Source of the DNA: Octopus sinensis
Taxonomy: Eukaryota
Length of the DNA stretch: 64,000 bases
Direction: 5' to 3'
Assembly: GCF_006345805.1 (NCBI RefSeq)
Contig: NC_043018.1
Coordinates: forward strand, 22,630,001-22,694,000
Shown here one piece after another: positions 26,871 through 40,563 of the stretch. Under the pieces are notes generated by a model that was not told where the DNA came from, did not search any database, and was given only the letters and a program-made list of their open reading frames with translations. Position 1 is the first letter of the stretch. Every line of letters starts with the position of its first letter. The translations under genes and the position numbers were made by a program.

Positions 26871-28620
26871 CAGGATAAGAAAGCAACCGACGAACATGAT
26901 CATTACAAATATAATCTGTAAACGGAAGAGTAAAAATATTCGTAACTTTTCTCACATTCAAAGTGTAATAATGTTTTGTTGTTCACATTCTAACAATGGA
27001 ACTGGTTCTCTTTGTAAGAAGCAAGCTCTTACGTTACAGGAAGACTTCACACATTTAAAAATAGAACTACACCACCCGTGACTCGTTAAGTCACCGAGAC
27101 AGTCTGAGTTTCGCAGCGACGGGCTTTTGTTTCGTGGGTTTCTTTTTCTTTTCCAGGTTATTTCGCATGCTTTCAACGAATGTGACATCGAAATCACGCG
27201 CAAACGTCTCCTTTCTCCAGAAAAAGGAATGAGTTGGCTGCTATTTCTCGCACGCCCAGCTACCACGTAACAGGTATTTCGGGTCTTTATCGCAAATAGA
27301 TGCGAAATCTTTGGAGGTGAAATACGTTGAATGCACTCGAAAAAAGCCAATGGAAAAATATTATTTCACACCGAGGTGAAGGTTAACAACAGGAAAGGCC
27401 TCCAGCTGTAGAAAAACTCAACCACAACGTACTCTTGCCTGACTCATAGAAGCATGCAAAAGATATTAACACAATGATGATGATATATACACACAGGAGT
27501 GGCTGTGTGGTAAGTAGCTTGCTAACCAACCACATGGTTCGGGGTTCAGTCCCACTGCATGGCATCTTGGGCAAGTGTCTTCTGCTATAGCCCCGGGCCG
27601 ACCAATGCCTTGTGAGTGGATTTGGTAGACGGAAACTGAAAGAAGCCCGTCGTATATATGTATATATGTGTGTGTTGTGTGTCTGTGTTTGTCCCCCTAG
27701 CATTGCTTGACAACTGATGCTGGTGTGTTTACGTCCTTGTAACTTAGCGGTTAGGCAAAAGAGACCGATAGAATAAGTACTGGGCTTACAAAGAATAAGT
27801 CGCGGGGTCGAGTTGCTCGACTAAAGGCGGTATCTTTTAAAGTCATTTTCACTTTAATATATTTTTTGAATATGCCAAAATTAATTCTTAAAAACTTTTG
27901 AATATTGTTGGTTTCAAGAAAGCTAAAATATAAGCAATTACTCTACAAACAACTTACATTTTTCGAATCACATTCACTTAAAAATATTTCTAAATGGTTG
28001 AAATATTGTATTTAACAAAAGCGACAATAAAAAAAACATTTACTGTAACAAATAAATCTTATTTTTTTTAGTTGTCAAGTCACTGTGTCTAATAGAAAGG
28101 TAAGAGTTTCTTCTCTGTCAGGATTAAATCATTTTCGGAATATTTTCCCATTTTGTACCGTTTTGAGTATTTATACCCCGAAAACCCCTAATATCTCCCC
28201 AACCACTTGTCCGATTTACGCGAAATTCGTTTTATTCCGTTTGTATTTACACTTCAGGGAAACCCTTATTCATAGTATTTTCCCATTATGCACAAGTTTG
28301 GCTGGGTAACATTGCAAGCAAGCAAGCAAGATTCAAGCTGACTTTTAATGTATTATAGATAAACATACATACATACATACATAATACATACATACGTACG
28401 TACATACATACATACGTACGTACGTACATACATACATACATACATACATACATACATACATACATACATACATACATACATACATACGTACGTACGTGCA
28501 TACATACATACGTACGTACGTACGTGCATACATACATACGTACGTACGTACGTACATACATACATACATACATACATACATACATACATACATACATACA
28601 TACATACATACATACATACA

Positions 28621-28940
28621 GTGAAAAAGAGAATACCTACGCTGAACTATTGAGAAATCTGCTGTTACTCTATCCAGGTTACAAGTTCAGGTTTATACTT
28701 GTAATTATTGAGGCCCTGAAATATGTAACACACTGCCTAAATACCAATCTTGAGAAATTAGGCTTCTCAAAATCAGAAAGGAGAAAGCTAATTCGAAGAC
28801 CAAAGATCCAATCCATCAACGGAACTGTAAAAATCTGTAAAACTTCCCAAGAGTTTATCATTTAAATAAATATGAACATGTCTAGATATGTAACTATGTG
28901 CATTAGAATGCATACATAAAAATGTACAAATTTGCTCATA
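28621..28940 (+). mobile_element. 5'-truncated non-LTR retrotransposon with restriction-like endonuclease (R4/Dong-like C-terminus) inside (TACA)n
   Basis: EKENTYAELLRNLLLLYPGYKFRFILVIIEALKYV...LEKLGFSK...IQSINGTVKICKT..FII*; TACA repeats on both sides. Confidence 0.75.
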
Positions 28941-29217
28941 TACATACACACACATACATAATACACACACACACACATACTTACATACACACACATACAT
29001 ACATACATACATACATACATACATACATACATACATACATACTACTTACATACATACATACATACATACGTACACATGCATACTTAAATACCACGCCATA
29101 TTCCCGTGGTCAATTATGGCACCATGAGCAAATGTCTTCTGCTATAGCCTCAGGCCGACCAAAGTCTTGTAAGTGGATTTGGTAGACGGAAACTGAAAGA
29201 AGTCTGTCGTATATATG

Positions 29218-29297
<80 letters not shown>

Positions 29298-29577
29298 TGT
29301 GTGTGCGTGTGTGTATGTGTGTGTGTGTGTGTGTCTATGTGTGTCTGTGTTTGTCCCCCACCCAACATCGCTTGACAACCGATGGGGGTGTGTTTACGTC
29401 CCCTTTGTGGTTCAGCAAAAGAGACCGATAGAATAAGTACTAGGCTTACAAAGAATAAGTCCTGGGGCCGATTTGCTCGACTAAAGGTGGTGCTCCAGCA
29501 TAGCCGCAGTCAAATGACTGAAAGAAGTAAAAGGAAAAGAATAAAAGAATATCTATGTATATATATTTTCATCTATG

Positions 29578-29608
<31 letters not shown>

Positions 29609-30095
29609 CTAGCAGTATCGCCCGGCGTTGCTCGGGTTTCTAAGGGAAATAACTATATAAGCATTTTTAGAGAGTTACTTCCCTTATAAATTCGGGCTTT
29701 CTCAGCCATTTTTGTTTTGGTGTCTTCAAGCCATGAAGTCGTTGTTCTAAAAGAACGCTGGTTTCCTTCACAACGCATTACGACGTTGATTTCTTTACAC
29801 TCCCTTCCCCACAGCTTCACGAGGGAGGGAAGGGGGAGAAGCAAACAGGTGCAGCTGTGAGCGTGGACGCCAACACCGCCGCCATCGACACACGAAAAAT
29901 TATGCATTAAAATGGAATAAAAAATGATGTTAAATTATTTTTAAAATCGTAGACTCATCGTTGACGCGCGCTAATAGTCAGACGGGCTCGATATAAATCA
30001 CGACTATAAGATACCCGAATTTGGTTAAACTGCACCGCAAAATGTGGGAGGAGTTAGGAATCTAATCGAAGGGGACAGACACTCACACAACTAGA

Positions 30096-30212
<117 letters not shown>

Positions 30213-31080
30213 TGTATGTATGTATGTATGTATGTATGTATATAGGAGAGAATTCACGGAAAAAGCACAAGACGAAGACAGGTGGTGTAGAAAATAAGCA
30301 GATGTATTAGCAGGGAATAGAAAAAGTCTTTTATGTTTCGAGCCTACGCTCTTCCACAGAAGGGAACACAGAAAGAAACAAGGAGAGAAAAAGATGTTTG
30401 TAGTATCTACCGATCTATCATGGCGACTCATAAATATGTGTGTATGTGTGTGTGTGTGTATGTGTGTGTGTGTGTGTGTATACACACATACATACATACA
30501 TACACACAATGCATAGGAATGTGTGTATCTACGTACGTATGTATGCATGTGTGTACGTGCATAGTCGCACACATTTCGTTTCTTATTACATCCTTCTTAT
30601 TTCATTCTCTTATTTTTTACTCCTACTTTTTCTCTCACATTCATCTCCTCCTCCTCTCTTTCTCATCCTCCTCCTTTTTTCTTTTACTTCCTGTTTCTCC
30701 TCTTTCTCGCATTTCCTTCTCTGTAACTCAATTCCTCCGTCGTCGTCGTGGACATTTCCCTCTCTCTCCCACCTCATTCAACATCCTTCATCCTTTAGCC
30801 ATCATCCCTCTCAACCTCAAAGGGATCGGCTTGCCAAAACCTCTCCAGTTCACTCCATGTTGAACTACATGCATACAGGCAGCCAGGATCTTGTTTCCAG
30901 GGTCTTGTGGGATATCATGTTCCCACAAACCTCTTTGCTGACTCCCCTTTTTCCTGCCGACCCCCCCACATTTCCCGTCAGGATGGTCTTCAACAATGAC
31001 TTAGGCTACATTGTATTCTTTTGTTCTTTTACTTCTGTCAGTCATTTTACTACGGTCATGCTGGAGCACCATCTTGAAGA

Positions 31081-31138
<58 letters not shown>

Positions 31139-31284
31139 TCGGCACCAGGACTTTTTTTTAAAGCCTAGTACTTTTTCTATCGGTCACTTATGCCGAACCG
31201 CTAAGTTACAGGGACAAACACACCAACAACAGTTGTCAAGTGGTGGTGGGTGGACGGACACAGACACAAACACACACATATACA

Positions 31285-31323
<39 letters not shown>

Positions 31324-31377
31324 CATGTATATGTGTGTGTTTATATCTGTATTTGTCACAAATGCACATATATATAC

Positions 31378-31446
<69 letters not shown>

Positions 31447-31639
31447 TATCATTTTGGAGGCGGGGGCCAGTCGATTACATCGATCCTCAGTACGCAACTG
31501 GTACTTAATTTATTGACCCAGAAAGGATGAAAGGCAAGGTTGACCTCGGCGGAATTTGAACTCCGAACATAAAGACAGACGAGATACCGCTAAGCATTTC
31601 ACCCGGCGTGCTAACGTCTCTGCCAACTCGCCACCTTAA

Positions 31640-32770
31640 AAACTAACTCGTGAGGCTTCTTACTGTTTCAGCTACCAATGAAATTAATTGTGCGTGTGTG
31701 TATATGTTGATGTGTCCAGGTTTTATGTTTCTGTGTGAGAAAGTGTATGATGGTGTGTGGTGTGTGTACTGAGTTGAACAGTGTGTAGGTATGCTCGTAT
31801 AGTTGTATGTATGGTGTCGCTATTGAATTGTGTGTGGATAATGGTGTGTGGTGTGGGTGCAGAGAAGTGTTGAATGTTAGTGTGTGTAGAGTGGGAAGGT
31901 GTTTGTGGGTGTGGGTGTAATAGTGTGCGAAGTGAGTAATGAGTTAAACAGTGTGTATGAGTGTTTGTATAGTGGTGTGTGTGTGTGTGTGTGGTGAGAG
32001 TACCGAGGTAGGCAGTTTTCAGGTGTATAGGTGGAGGGGAATGGTGGTTGAGTGAGGGAGGTGTGTGGGAGTCTGTGTGGGGTTGGTATCAGATGAAGGG
32101 AGGTAGCTAGTTGAGCTCCTCGGGCAGAGACAGTCCGAACACAGACAGATGTTGTAGCGAATGACCGGTAGAGTCGGAATTTGCGCGAGACAGGGGTGTT
32201 ATCGCCGAGTCTGATGTCTCGGAGGTACTCTGCATACCGGTCAGCCAAGTGGCGTCCTGTTTGACCAATGTACAGGGAAGGACAGAGAGAGAGAGCAAGA
32301 GATGCAGTAAATAATATTACTGGAGGTGCAGGTAAAGGAGTTCGTGATGTGATATGGATGGTGGTGGGTGCCAGTGAGGATAATCGTGTTGGAGAGGTAG
32401 GAAAAGGTGCGAGAGCAAGGGAAGGAGCCAGGCTGAGAGGCAGCGGTAGGGAAAAAACTGTAGACTAGGAGGTCATACATGTTACGGGTTCATTTAAAGG
32501 AGGGAAGAGTTGAGTTAAGGAAAAAGTACAAGATGGAGGGGTCGGACTGGAGTCGCTGGAGGGCTCGGAGAATGGTGTGTTGGAGGTTAGAGTGGAGGAA
32601 TGGTAGGTGAATGGAAACGGGTATGGAGGGGCGGGTGCGAAGAGAAAGAGCAGAGGCACTGTCCACAGATCGTGCCCGGGCAAGGGCAGTGTGGATAATG
32701 ATGAGGGGATATCCACATAGCATGAAGTGGCGAGCCATGAGTTGAGACTGTGTCTCAAAGTCATGGTCGT
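31640..32770 (-). mobile_element. Penelope-like element remnant with GIY-YIG endonuclease
   Basis: Frameshifted translation FTCTSSNIIYCISC..CPSLYIGQTGRHLADRYAEYLRDIRLGDNTPVSR at about 32170-32350. Confidence 0.8.
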
Positions 32771-33307
32771 TTTATGAAAAGAAAAAGTTATCCATTTTTC
32801 TGGAAGTTATGAGGAAACAAATACGGGTCGGAGAGACGGGCATATATTGGGGCTAATCCACAACATTATGACCAGGGAAAAGCCGACGGCCACATGAAAA
32901 GAAAAAGTTTTATGAAAAGAAAAAGTTATCCATTTTTCTGGAAGTTATGAGGAAACAAATACGGGTCGGAGAGACGGGCATATATTGGGGCTAATCCACA
33001 ACATTATGACCAGGGAAAAGCCGACGGCCACATGAAAAGAAAAAGTTTTATGAAAAGAAAAAGTTATCCATTTTTCTGGAAGTTATGAGGAAACAAATAC
33101 GGGTCGGAGAGACGGGCATATATTGGGGCTAATCCACAACATTATGACCAGGGAAAAGCCGACGGCCACATGAAAAGAAAAAGTTTTATGAAAAGAAAAA
33201 GTTATCCATTTTTCTGGAAGTTATGAGGAAACAAATACGGGTCGGAGAGACGGGCATATATTGGGGCTAATCCACAACATTATGACCAGGGAAAAGCCGA
33301 CGGCCAC
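32770..33307. repeat. 138-bp tandem repeat, about 4 near-identical copies
   Basis: The TTATCCATTTTTCTGGAAG anchor recurs at a 138-bp period (TCC at 32791, 32929, 33067 and 33205). Confidence 0.9.
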
Positions 33308-33625
33308 GTAATCCGTGTTGTCGTTTATTTCCAGATCATTTGCAGCCGACCAAAACTGTATTGAAAAGCTTTTCCGTCATGACACTCCTGACTTTTGTAG
33401 ATCAGGAAATACTGTCCAATGTATATCTATGAATATTACGAACTGTTAAACAATATAGTCTTTATTTTAGGTGGTAAAGTGTGAGTTGTGGGAATTTTGA
33501 AAGTTGTTTTACGACGCACATTGGACGACCTTGAATGATCCTCTCTTTGCTTCTCATACCTTCCCACTCCTTTTATTTCTCTTTCCCTCCCCGTTCCTCT
33601 CTCTCCTCTCTCTCTCTCTCGCTCA

Positions 33626-33661
<36 letters not shown>

Positions 33662-33677
33662 CCCTCTTTTCCTCTTT

Positions 33678-33777
33678 NNNNNNNNNNNNNNNNNNNNNNN
33701 NNNNNNNNNNNNNNNNNNNNNNNNNNNNNNNNNNNNNNNNNNNNNNNNNNNNNNNNNNNNNNNNNNNNNNNNNNNNN
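33678..33777. other. Assembly gap (100 N)
   Basis: Run of N directly after a (CT)n tract. Confidence 0.99.
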
Positions 33778-34451
33778 ACGCCTGCACCTATTCAACAAAG
33801 ATCCAGATTCCTTTCCCAGATCTGAAGATCTGACCTAAATTACCAAAAAATTGAATATTGACTTTTATCAGATACTTTGTATATTTAATAATAATATAAT
33901 AATAATAATGAAATTATTGTATAGAGTGCCCATGTGCACCTGTCAACTTGTCAAAAGTGTGTATAAAGCATGTACATCATCATCATCGTTTAACGTCCGT
34001 TCTCCATGCTAGCATGGGTCGGACGGTTCGACCGGGGATCTGGGAAGCCAGAAGGCTGCACCAGGCTCCAGTCTTATCTGGCAATGTTCCTACAGCTGGA
34101 TGCCCTTCCTAACGCCAACCACTCCGTGAGTGTAGTGGGTGCTTTTTACGTGCCACCTGCACAGGTGCCAGGCAAGGCTGGCAACGGCCACGGTCGGATT
34201 GGTGCATTTTACGTGCCACCGGCACGGAAGCCAGTCGAGGCGGCACTGGCATCGGCCACGATTCGCTGGCATCGGCAGTAATGTACAAATGTCTGGGAAG
34301 TGAACAGTGTATGAGTCAGATACATGCTTGCATGTGTATGAAGGGGAGAAAATCAGATGTAGTGTTGGCAAGATTCTTACCACACAGGTACAATACTATT
34401 CAAATTCTTCCATTTCTTTTTCAACCTTTCTTCTTCTTCTTTTATTTCCAG

Positions 34452-34568
34452 GAAGTACCTGCCAGTAAGAAAATATACACAATGGGTTGTGTACCAGCTG
34501 CAATACTTTATATAGAGAATCAATTGCCATTGGTGGGCGGCATATTAATTGCTTTCACTTTATTAATA
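34452..34568 (+). CDS. Tetraspanin (TspanC8 subgroup, TSPAN33/5/14-like), penultimate exon (EVPASKKIYTMGCVPAAILYIENQLPLVGGILIAFTLLI)
   Basis: Strong polypyrimidine/TTCCAG acceptor and GTAAGT donor; 117 nt, phase 0/0; ASK.IYT.GC...L..GG motif of the EC2 end and TM4. Confidence 0.8.
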
Positions 34569-35969
34569 GTAAGTGCTTGTTTAACGTTATCTTCAATATA
34601 TTCCTATGAATATGCGCTGGAGTGGCTGTGTGGTAAGTAGCTTGCTTACCAATCACATGGTTCCGGGTTCAGTCCCACTGCATAGCACCTTGGGCAAGTG
34701 TCTTCTACTATAGCCTCGGGCCGACCGAAGCCTTGTGAGTGGATTTGGTAGACGGAAACTGAAAGAAGCCCATCGTATAATTATATATTATATATATATA
34801 TATATTATATATATATATATTAATATATATATATCTATATATATATAGTTTATATATGTGTGTGTGTGTGTGTGAGTTTGTATGTCTGTGTTTGTCCCCC
34901 CAACATCGCTTGACAGCCGATGCTGGTGTGTTATATGTCCCTGTCACTTAGCGGTTCGCAAAGAGACCGATAGAATAAGTACTGGGCTTACAAAGATAAG
35001 TCCTGGGGTCGTGTTGCTCGATTAAAGGCAGTGCTCCAGCATGGCCACAGTCAAATGACTGAAACAAGTAAAAGAGTAAAAGAGGTAAAGAGTATGCATT
35101 AAATGTCACCGTTTGTGTACTCCCTCTGAATCCTCATTTAACCTCTGAGTTGATTGGTTTCCAACCATTTTTACCTACGGATCCTTTGAGTCCAGATTTT
35201 AGTTAGGTGGACTCCCATAGCCATTTGATCATCATCATTATTTCGTCATCATTTAGTGTCTGTTTTTCCATTCTGGCATGGGTTGGACAACTTGACCGGA
35301 ACTGTGTAAACTGGAGAGCTGCATCAAACCCAGTCTGTTTTCGCTTGGTACAGCTAGGTACTCTTTGTAGTGCCAACCACCCCATAGGGTGTGTGGTGTG
35401 TGTGTGTGTGAGTTTGTATGTCTGTGTTTGTCCCCCCAACATCGCTTGACAGCCGATGCTGGTGTGTTTATGTCCCTGTCACTTAGCGGTTCGGCAAAGA
35501 GACCGATAGAATAAGTACTGGGCTTACAAAGAATAAGTCCTGGGGTCGTGTTGCTCGATTAAAGGCAGTGCTCCAGCATGGCCACAGTCAAATGACTGAA
35601 ACAAGTAAAAGAGTAAAAGAGAGTAAAGAGTATGCATTAAATGTCACCGTTTGTGTACTCCCTCTGAATCCTCATTTAACCTCTGAGTTGATTGGTTTCC
35701 AACCATTTTTTACCTACGGATCCCTTTGAGTCCAGATTTTAGTTAGGTGGACTCCCATAGCCATTTGATCATCATCATTATTATCGTCATCATTTAGTGT
35801 CTGTTTTTCCATTCTGGCATGGGTTGGACAACTTGACCGGAACTGTTAAACTGGAGAGCTGCATCAAACCCAGTCTGTTTTCGCTTGGTACAGCTAGGTA
35901 CTCTTTGTAGTGCCAACCACCCCATAGGGTGTGTGTGTGTGTGTGTGTGTATGTGTGTGTGTATGTGTG

Positions 35970-36030
<61 letters not shown>

Positions 36031-37015
36031 CTTCCAGCTTCCATCTACCAAATCCACTCACAAGGCTTTGATTGGCTTGAGACTATAGTAGAAGACACTT
36101 GACCAAGGTGCCACACAATGGGATTGAACCCAAAACCATGTGGCTGGTAAGCAAGCTACTTACCACACAGCCATGCCTGCACCTATTCAACAAAAATCCA
36201 GATTCCTTTCCCAGATCTGAAGAAATACACTAGTTCTTCCTAAACTCAGTAAATCCATGCAAATGGTCCAAGAGTCTCTCTATGTGAATTTGCTTTGAAT
36301 GAATAAAGCTTTGCACAGCACTGAATCTATTTTTCAGCTATGAAACCAGTGGCACAACAGAGGTTTGAGACAACCAGAAACCAACTGCATTTTAGGTTTT
36401 TTAAACTCAATAAACCCATACGAATGTTCCAAGAATCCAAGAATCTGTTTCGAATAGATAAAGTGTTGCACAGAACCAGTGCCATCTGTAATATCCCAAG
36501 TGGTTAAACAGAGAATTAGATGACCATAAACCAACTGAATTTCATTCTCGGAGTGGTTGGCGTTAGGAAGGGCATCCAGCTGTAGAAACTCTGCCAGATC
36601 AAGACAGGAGCCTGGTGCAGCCATCTGGTTTGCCAGCCCACAGTCAAACCGTCCAACCCATGCTAGCAAGGAAAGCGGACGTTAAACGACGATGATGATA
36701 TAAGTTTTACCTTCTCCAATATGGAATTTCTAAAGAGAACTTGGGGTTTTTCACTCCCAGTGTTCTACAGGCTAGTTAACTCATAGATGGGGCCCTAATA
36801 GGTGCTATTTCTCTCAGTCAGAGTAGACCTGAGAACAATACTGGCTAACAGCTGATTCCACACTCCTCAAAAGTCCCCCCATAACCGGATGCAGTTTAAA
36901 GTCTTGCCCATCAGGTTACTCTGAATCAACAATCAAAATTGCACCTTGCTGAGTTCAGGTCCATAACAGAGTCTCAGCACTTTTATCCAAAATATATTCA
37001 AAACCCAAAATTTAT

Positions 37016-37640
37016 CATATAACAAACCCCTACAGAAATCCTGTTCTGATATATAACAAATCCCTACAGATATCCTATGTTGATATATAACAAACCCCTA
37101 AAGAGATCCTATGTCAATATATAACAAACCCCTAAAGAGATCCTATGTTGATATATAACAAACCCCTAAAGAGATCCTATGTTGATATATAACAAACCCC
37201 TAAAGAGATCCTATCTTGATATATAACAAACCCTAAAGAGATCCTATCTTGATATATAACAAACCCCTACAGAGATCCTATGTTGATATATAACAAACCC
37301 CTAAAGAGATCCTATGTTGATATATAACAAACCTCTAAAATGATCCTATGTTGATATATAACAAACCCCTAAAGAGATCCTATGTTGATATATAACAAAC
37401 CCCTAAAGAGATCCTATGTTGATATATAACAAACGCCTACAAGATCTTATGTCTATATAACAAACCCCTACAGAGATCCTATGTTGATATATAACAAACC
37501 CCTACAGAGATCCTATTTTGATATATGACAAATCCCTAAAGAGATCCTATGTCAATATATGACAAACTCCTACAGAGCTCCTATGTCAATATATGACAAA
37601 TCCCTAAAGAGATCCTATGTTGATACATAACAAACCCCTT
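37016..37640. repeat. 34-bp minisatellite, about 18 copies, in the last tetraspanin intron
   Basis: GATATATAACAAACCCCTAAAGAGATCCTATGTT repeated. Confidence 0.9.
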
Positions 37641-37705
37641 CCCAGATCTTAAGGGACAATCCATATTGCCTTATTTAAAGTCTGTTCCTTTATTTTTCCT
37701 TTCAG

Positions 37706-37771
37706 CTGGTGGCAATATGTTTGGTCGGTTGTTTACGAAGTCAGATTTCACGGCAAAAGGCTCGCTGGTGA
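37706..37771 (+). CDS. Tetraspanin terminal exon (LVAICLVGCLRSQISRQKARW*)
   Basis: Not in the ORF track. TTTTTCCTTTCAG acceptor, phase 0; completes TM4 and a short tail ending in W, like TspanC8 C-termini. Confidence 0.75.
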   Translation: MVAICLVGCLRSQISRQKARW

Positions 37772-38748
37772 AAAGGTCACTGTGACATAAGGTGACACTA
37801 TTGAAGAAAATCCCTTTTATATATTTCTTTTTTTATCTTGTTATTTTATTTTCAAATATATATTTTTATATATATCCATAATTACTGTAAATATAACAAA
37901 TTTAATGTTTACTGATTTTGTAATGTAAAACAAAGGTACATGGCCCAGTTGTTTGAGCAATCATCAGGTAATGAGTTTGATTCCCACACCAGGCTGTGAA
38001 CTGTGTTCTTGAGCAAGACACTTTATTTCACATTGCTCCAGTTCACTCAGCTGTAGAAATGAGTTGCGATGTCACTGGTGCCAAGCTGTGTCAGTCTTTC
38101 CTTTGGATGACATAAGTGGTGTAAAGAGGCAAGGCTGGTATGCATGGGTGACTGCTGGTCTTCCATGAACGACCTTGCCTGGACTCGTGCCTTGGAGGGG
38201 GAACTTTCTAGCACCTCCTCATAGTATACATGGTAAACATGTTGCTTAAACATTCGGATGTCATCACTAAATCCTGCTGCATATCACATGGAATTTTTGG
38301 TCTTCCAAAGTCGTCTCGTTCTATACCGTCGACCGACCATTTTTGGCTGTAAATTTCGATTTGAAAAAAATTTGATCAGAAATCAAATATTATGAGGGAG
38401 AAGCTGAAGTGCTGTAATGAAATTTTGAACCCTCTCACGGTTTAAAGCTGTGATAGTTTAGTGTTTTATATCTGGAGGAGGAGGAGGAGGAGGAGGAGGA
38501 GAGGAAGAAGAAGAAGAGTGTGAGAGAGAGAGACAGACAGACAGACAAAGTTAAGGCTGTCAATCAATGCATTTTGTGAGTTGAACCTAATTTATACAGC
38601 GGTACATATTGGCATTAGCAGTAAATATAGAAAAATGGATACAGCTATATACACACACACATGTATGTATGTATGTATGTATGTATGTATGTATGTATGT
38701 ATTTGTATGTATGTATGTTATATGTATGTATGTATGTATGTATATGTA

Positions 38749-38782
<34 letters not shown>

Positions 38783-39416
38783 CTATATATATATCTATAT
38801 ATATATAATTTTATCATGCCCTGTCACTGACTGGTGATAACTTTTGTGATGCCTTCCCTCCAGAATTAAGTGATCAGAGAGAGACAAATGAATACTCATC
38901 CAGCCAGCCAGCTAGCCAGCCATATATATATATATTATATATATATATATATATATAATAATAATAATATGAGGGAATATTATTCCAAACTTAGAGGGAA
39001 AAATTTAATTTAGAAATACTAAATCAAATTTCACAAAATATAATATATATATATATATTATATATATGGCTGGCTAGCTGGCTGGCTGGATGAGTATTCA
39101 TTTGTCTCTCTCTGATCACTTAATTCTGGAGGGAAGGCATCACAAAAGTTATCAACCAGTCAAGTGATAGGGCATGATAAAATAGGGCATGATAAAATTT
39201 ATTTAACTATTGATAATTCTTATTGAATGACAATTGTTTCGCAACTTAAAACATGTAGAGGTAATATATTATATTATGCTTTATAATAAGTAAATTACTT
39301 TATACACTCCTTATGATTTTCTCTTGCTTTATCCTGATCCATTAAGGAGCTTTTTGTATGAGTACCACCAACGGATTAGTTGTATCTATATATTGTGACT
39401 TAAATATATATACATA

Positions 39417-39929
39417 CTAGCAGTATCGCCCGGCGTTGCTCGGGTTTGTAAGGGAAATAACTATATAAGCATTTTTAGAGAGTTACTTCCCTTATAGATG
39501 CCAATTCGGGCTTTCTTAGCCATTTCTGTTTTGGTGTCTTCAAGCCATGAAGTCGTTGTTCTAAAAGAACGCTGGTCTCCTTGACAACGCTTTACGACGT
39601 TGATTTCCTTACACTCCCTTCCCCACAGCTTCACGAGGGAGGAAAGAAGGGGGAGAAGCAAACAGGTGCAGGTGTGACCACGGACGCCAACTCCACCGCC
39701 ATCAACACATTAAAAATTATGCATTAAAATGGAATAAAAAATGATGTTAAATTATTTTTAAAATCGTAGACTCATCGTAGACGCGCGCTAATACTCAGAT
39801 GGGCTCGATATGAATCACGACTATAAGATACCCAAATTTGGTTAAACTGCACCGCAAAATGTGGGAGTAGTTAGGAATCTAAATCGAAGGGGACAGACAC
39901 TCACACAACTACAGTTTTATATATATAGA
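39417..39929 (-). mobile_element. Non-autonomous Helitron copy
   Basis: Same TC...hairpin-CTAG termini and A/T insertion site as 14723-15234. Confidence 0.75.
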
Positions 39930-40045
39930 TATACATACACATACATACACACACAAACATATATTGAACTCATTTGTTTTCATATTTCATGTTGTTTACT
40001 GTTGGTGACATGCTGTACCCCCATATATGCATATGTATATATATT

Positions 40046-40088
<43 letters not shown>

Positions 40089-40188
40089 TATATATATTAT
40101 ATTAGGTTGACAACTAAGTTCCCACCATTTTTTTAAATTAAAATTTTTGAAAAGGTTTAATAAAAAATAACAACTAATTAATCAATAA

Positions 40189-40563
40189 CCCGTGCCGGTG
40201 GCACATAGCACCATCTGTTCGTGGCCGTTACCAGCCTCGCCTGGCCCCCGTGCCGGTGGCACGTAAAAGCACCATCCATTCATGGCCGTTGCCAGCCTCG
40301 CCTGGCCCCCGTGCCGGTGGCACGTAAAAAGCACCATTCGTCCGTGGTCGTTTGCCAGCTCTGTCTGGCACCTGTGCGGGTAGCACGTAAAAAGTACCCA
40401 CTACACTCACGGAGTGGTTGGCGTTAGGAAGGGCATCCAGCCATAGAAACACTGCCAGATCAGACTGGGCCTGATGCAGCCTTCTGGCTTCACAGACCCC
40501 AGTTGAACCGTCCAACCCATGCCAGCATGGAAAGCAGACGCTAAATGATGATGATGATGATGA
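40189..40563 (+). mobile_element. Second abundant short interspersed family with (GAT)n RTE-like tail
   Basis: GGAGTGGTTGGCGTTAGGAAGGGCATCCAGC...CCAACCCATGCCAGCATGGAAA.CGGACG.TAAA(TGA)n. Other copies at 5290-5700, 33976-34275, 36545-36700, 47620-47900, 53305-53570, 57715-57860, 59360-60130, 60245-60605 and 60975-61230. Confidence 0.8.

Noticed and set aside
27157-27273. Segment with a strong acceptor and a GT donor, as a candidate tetraspanin exon
   Set aside because: There are stops in all three frames and no tetraspanin motif.
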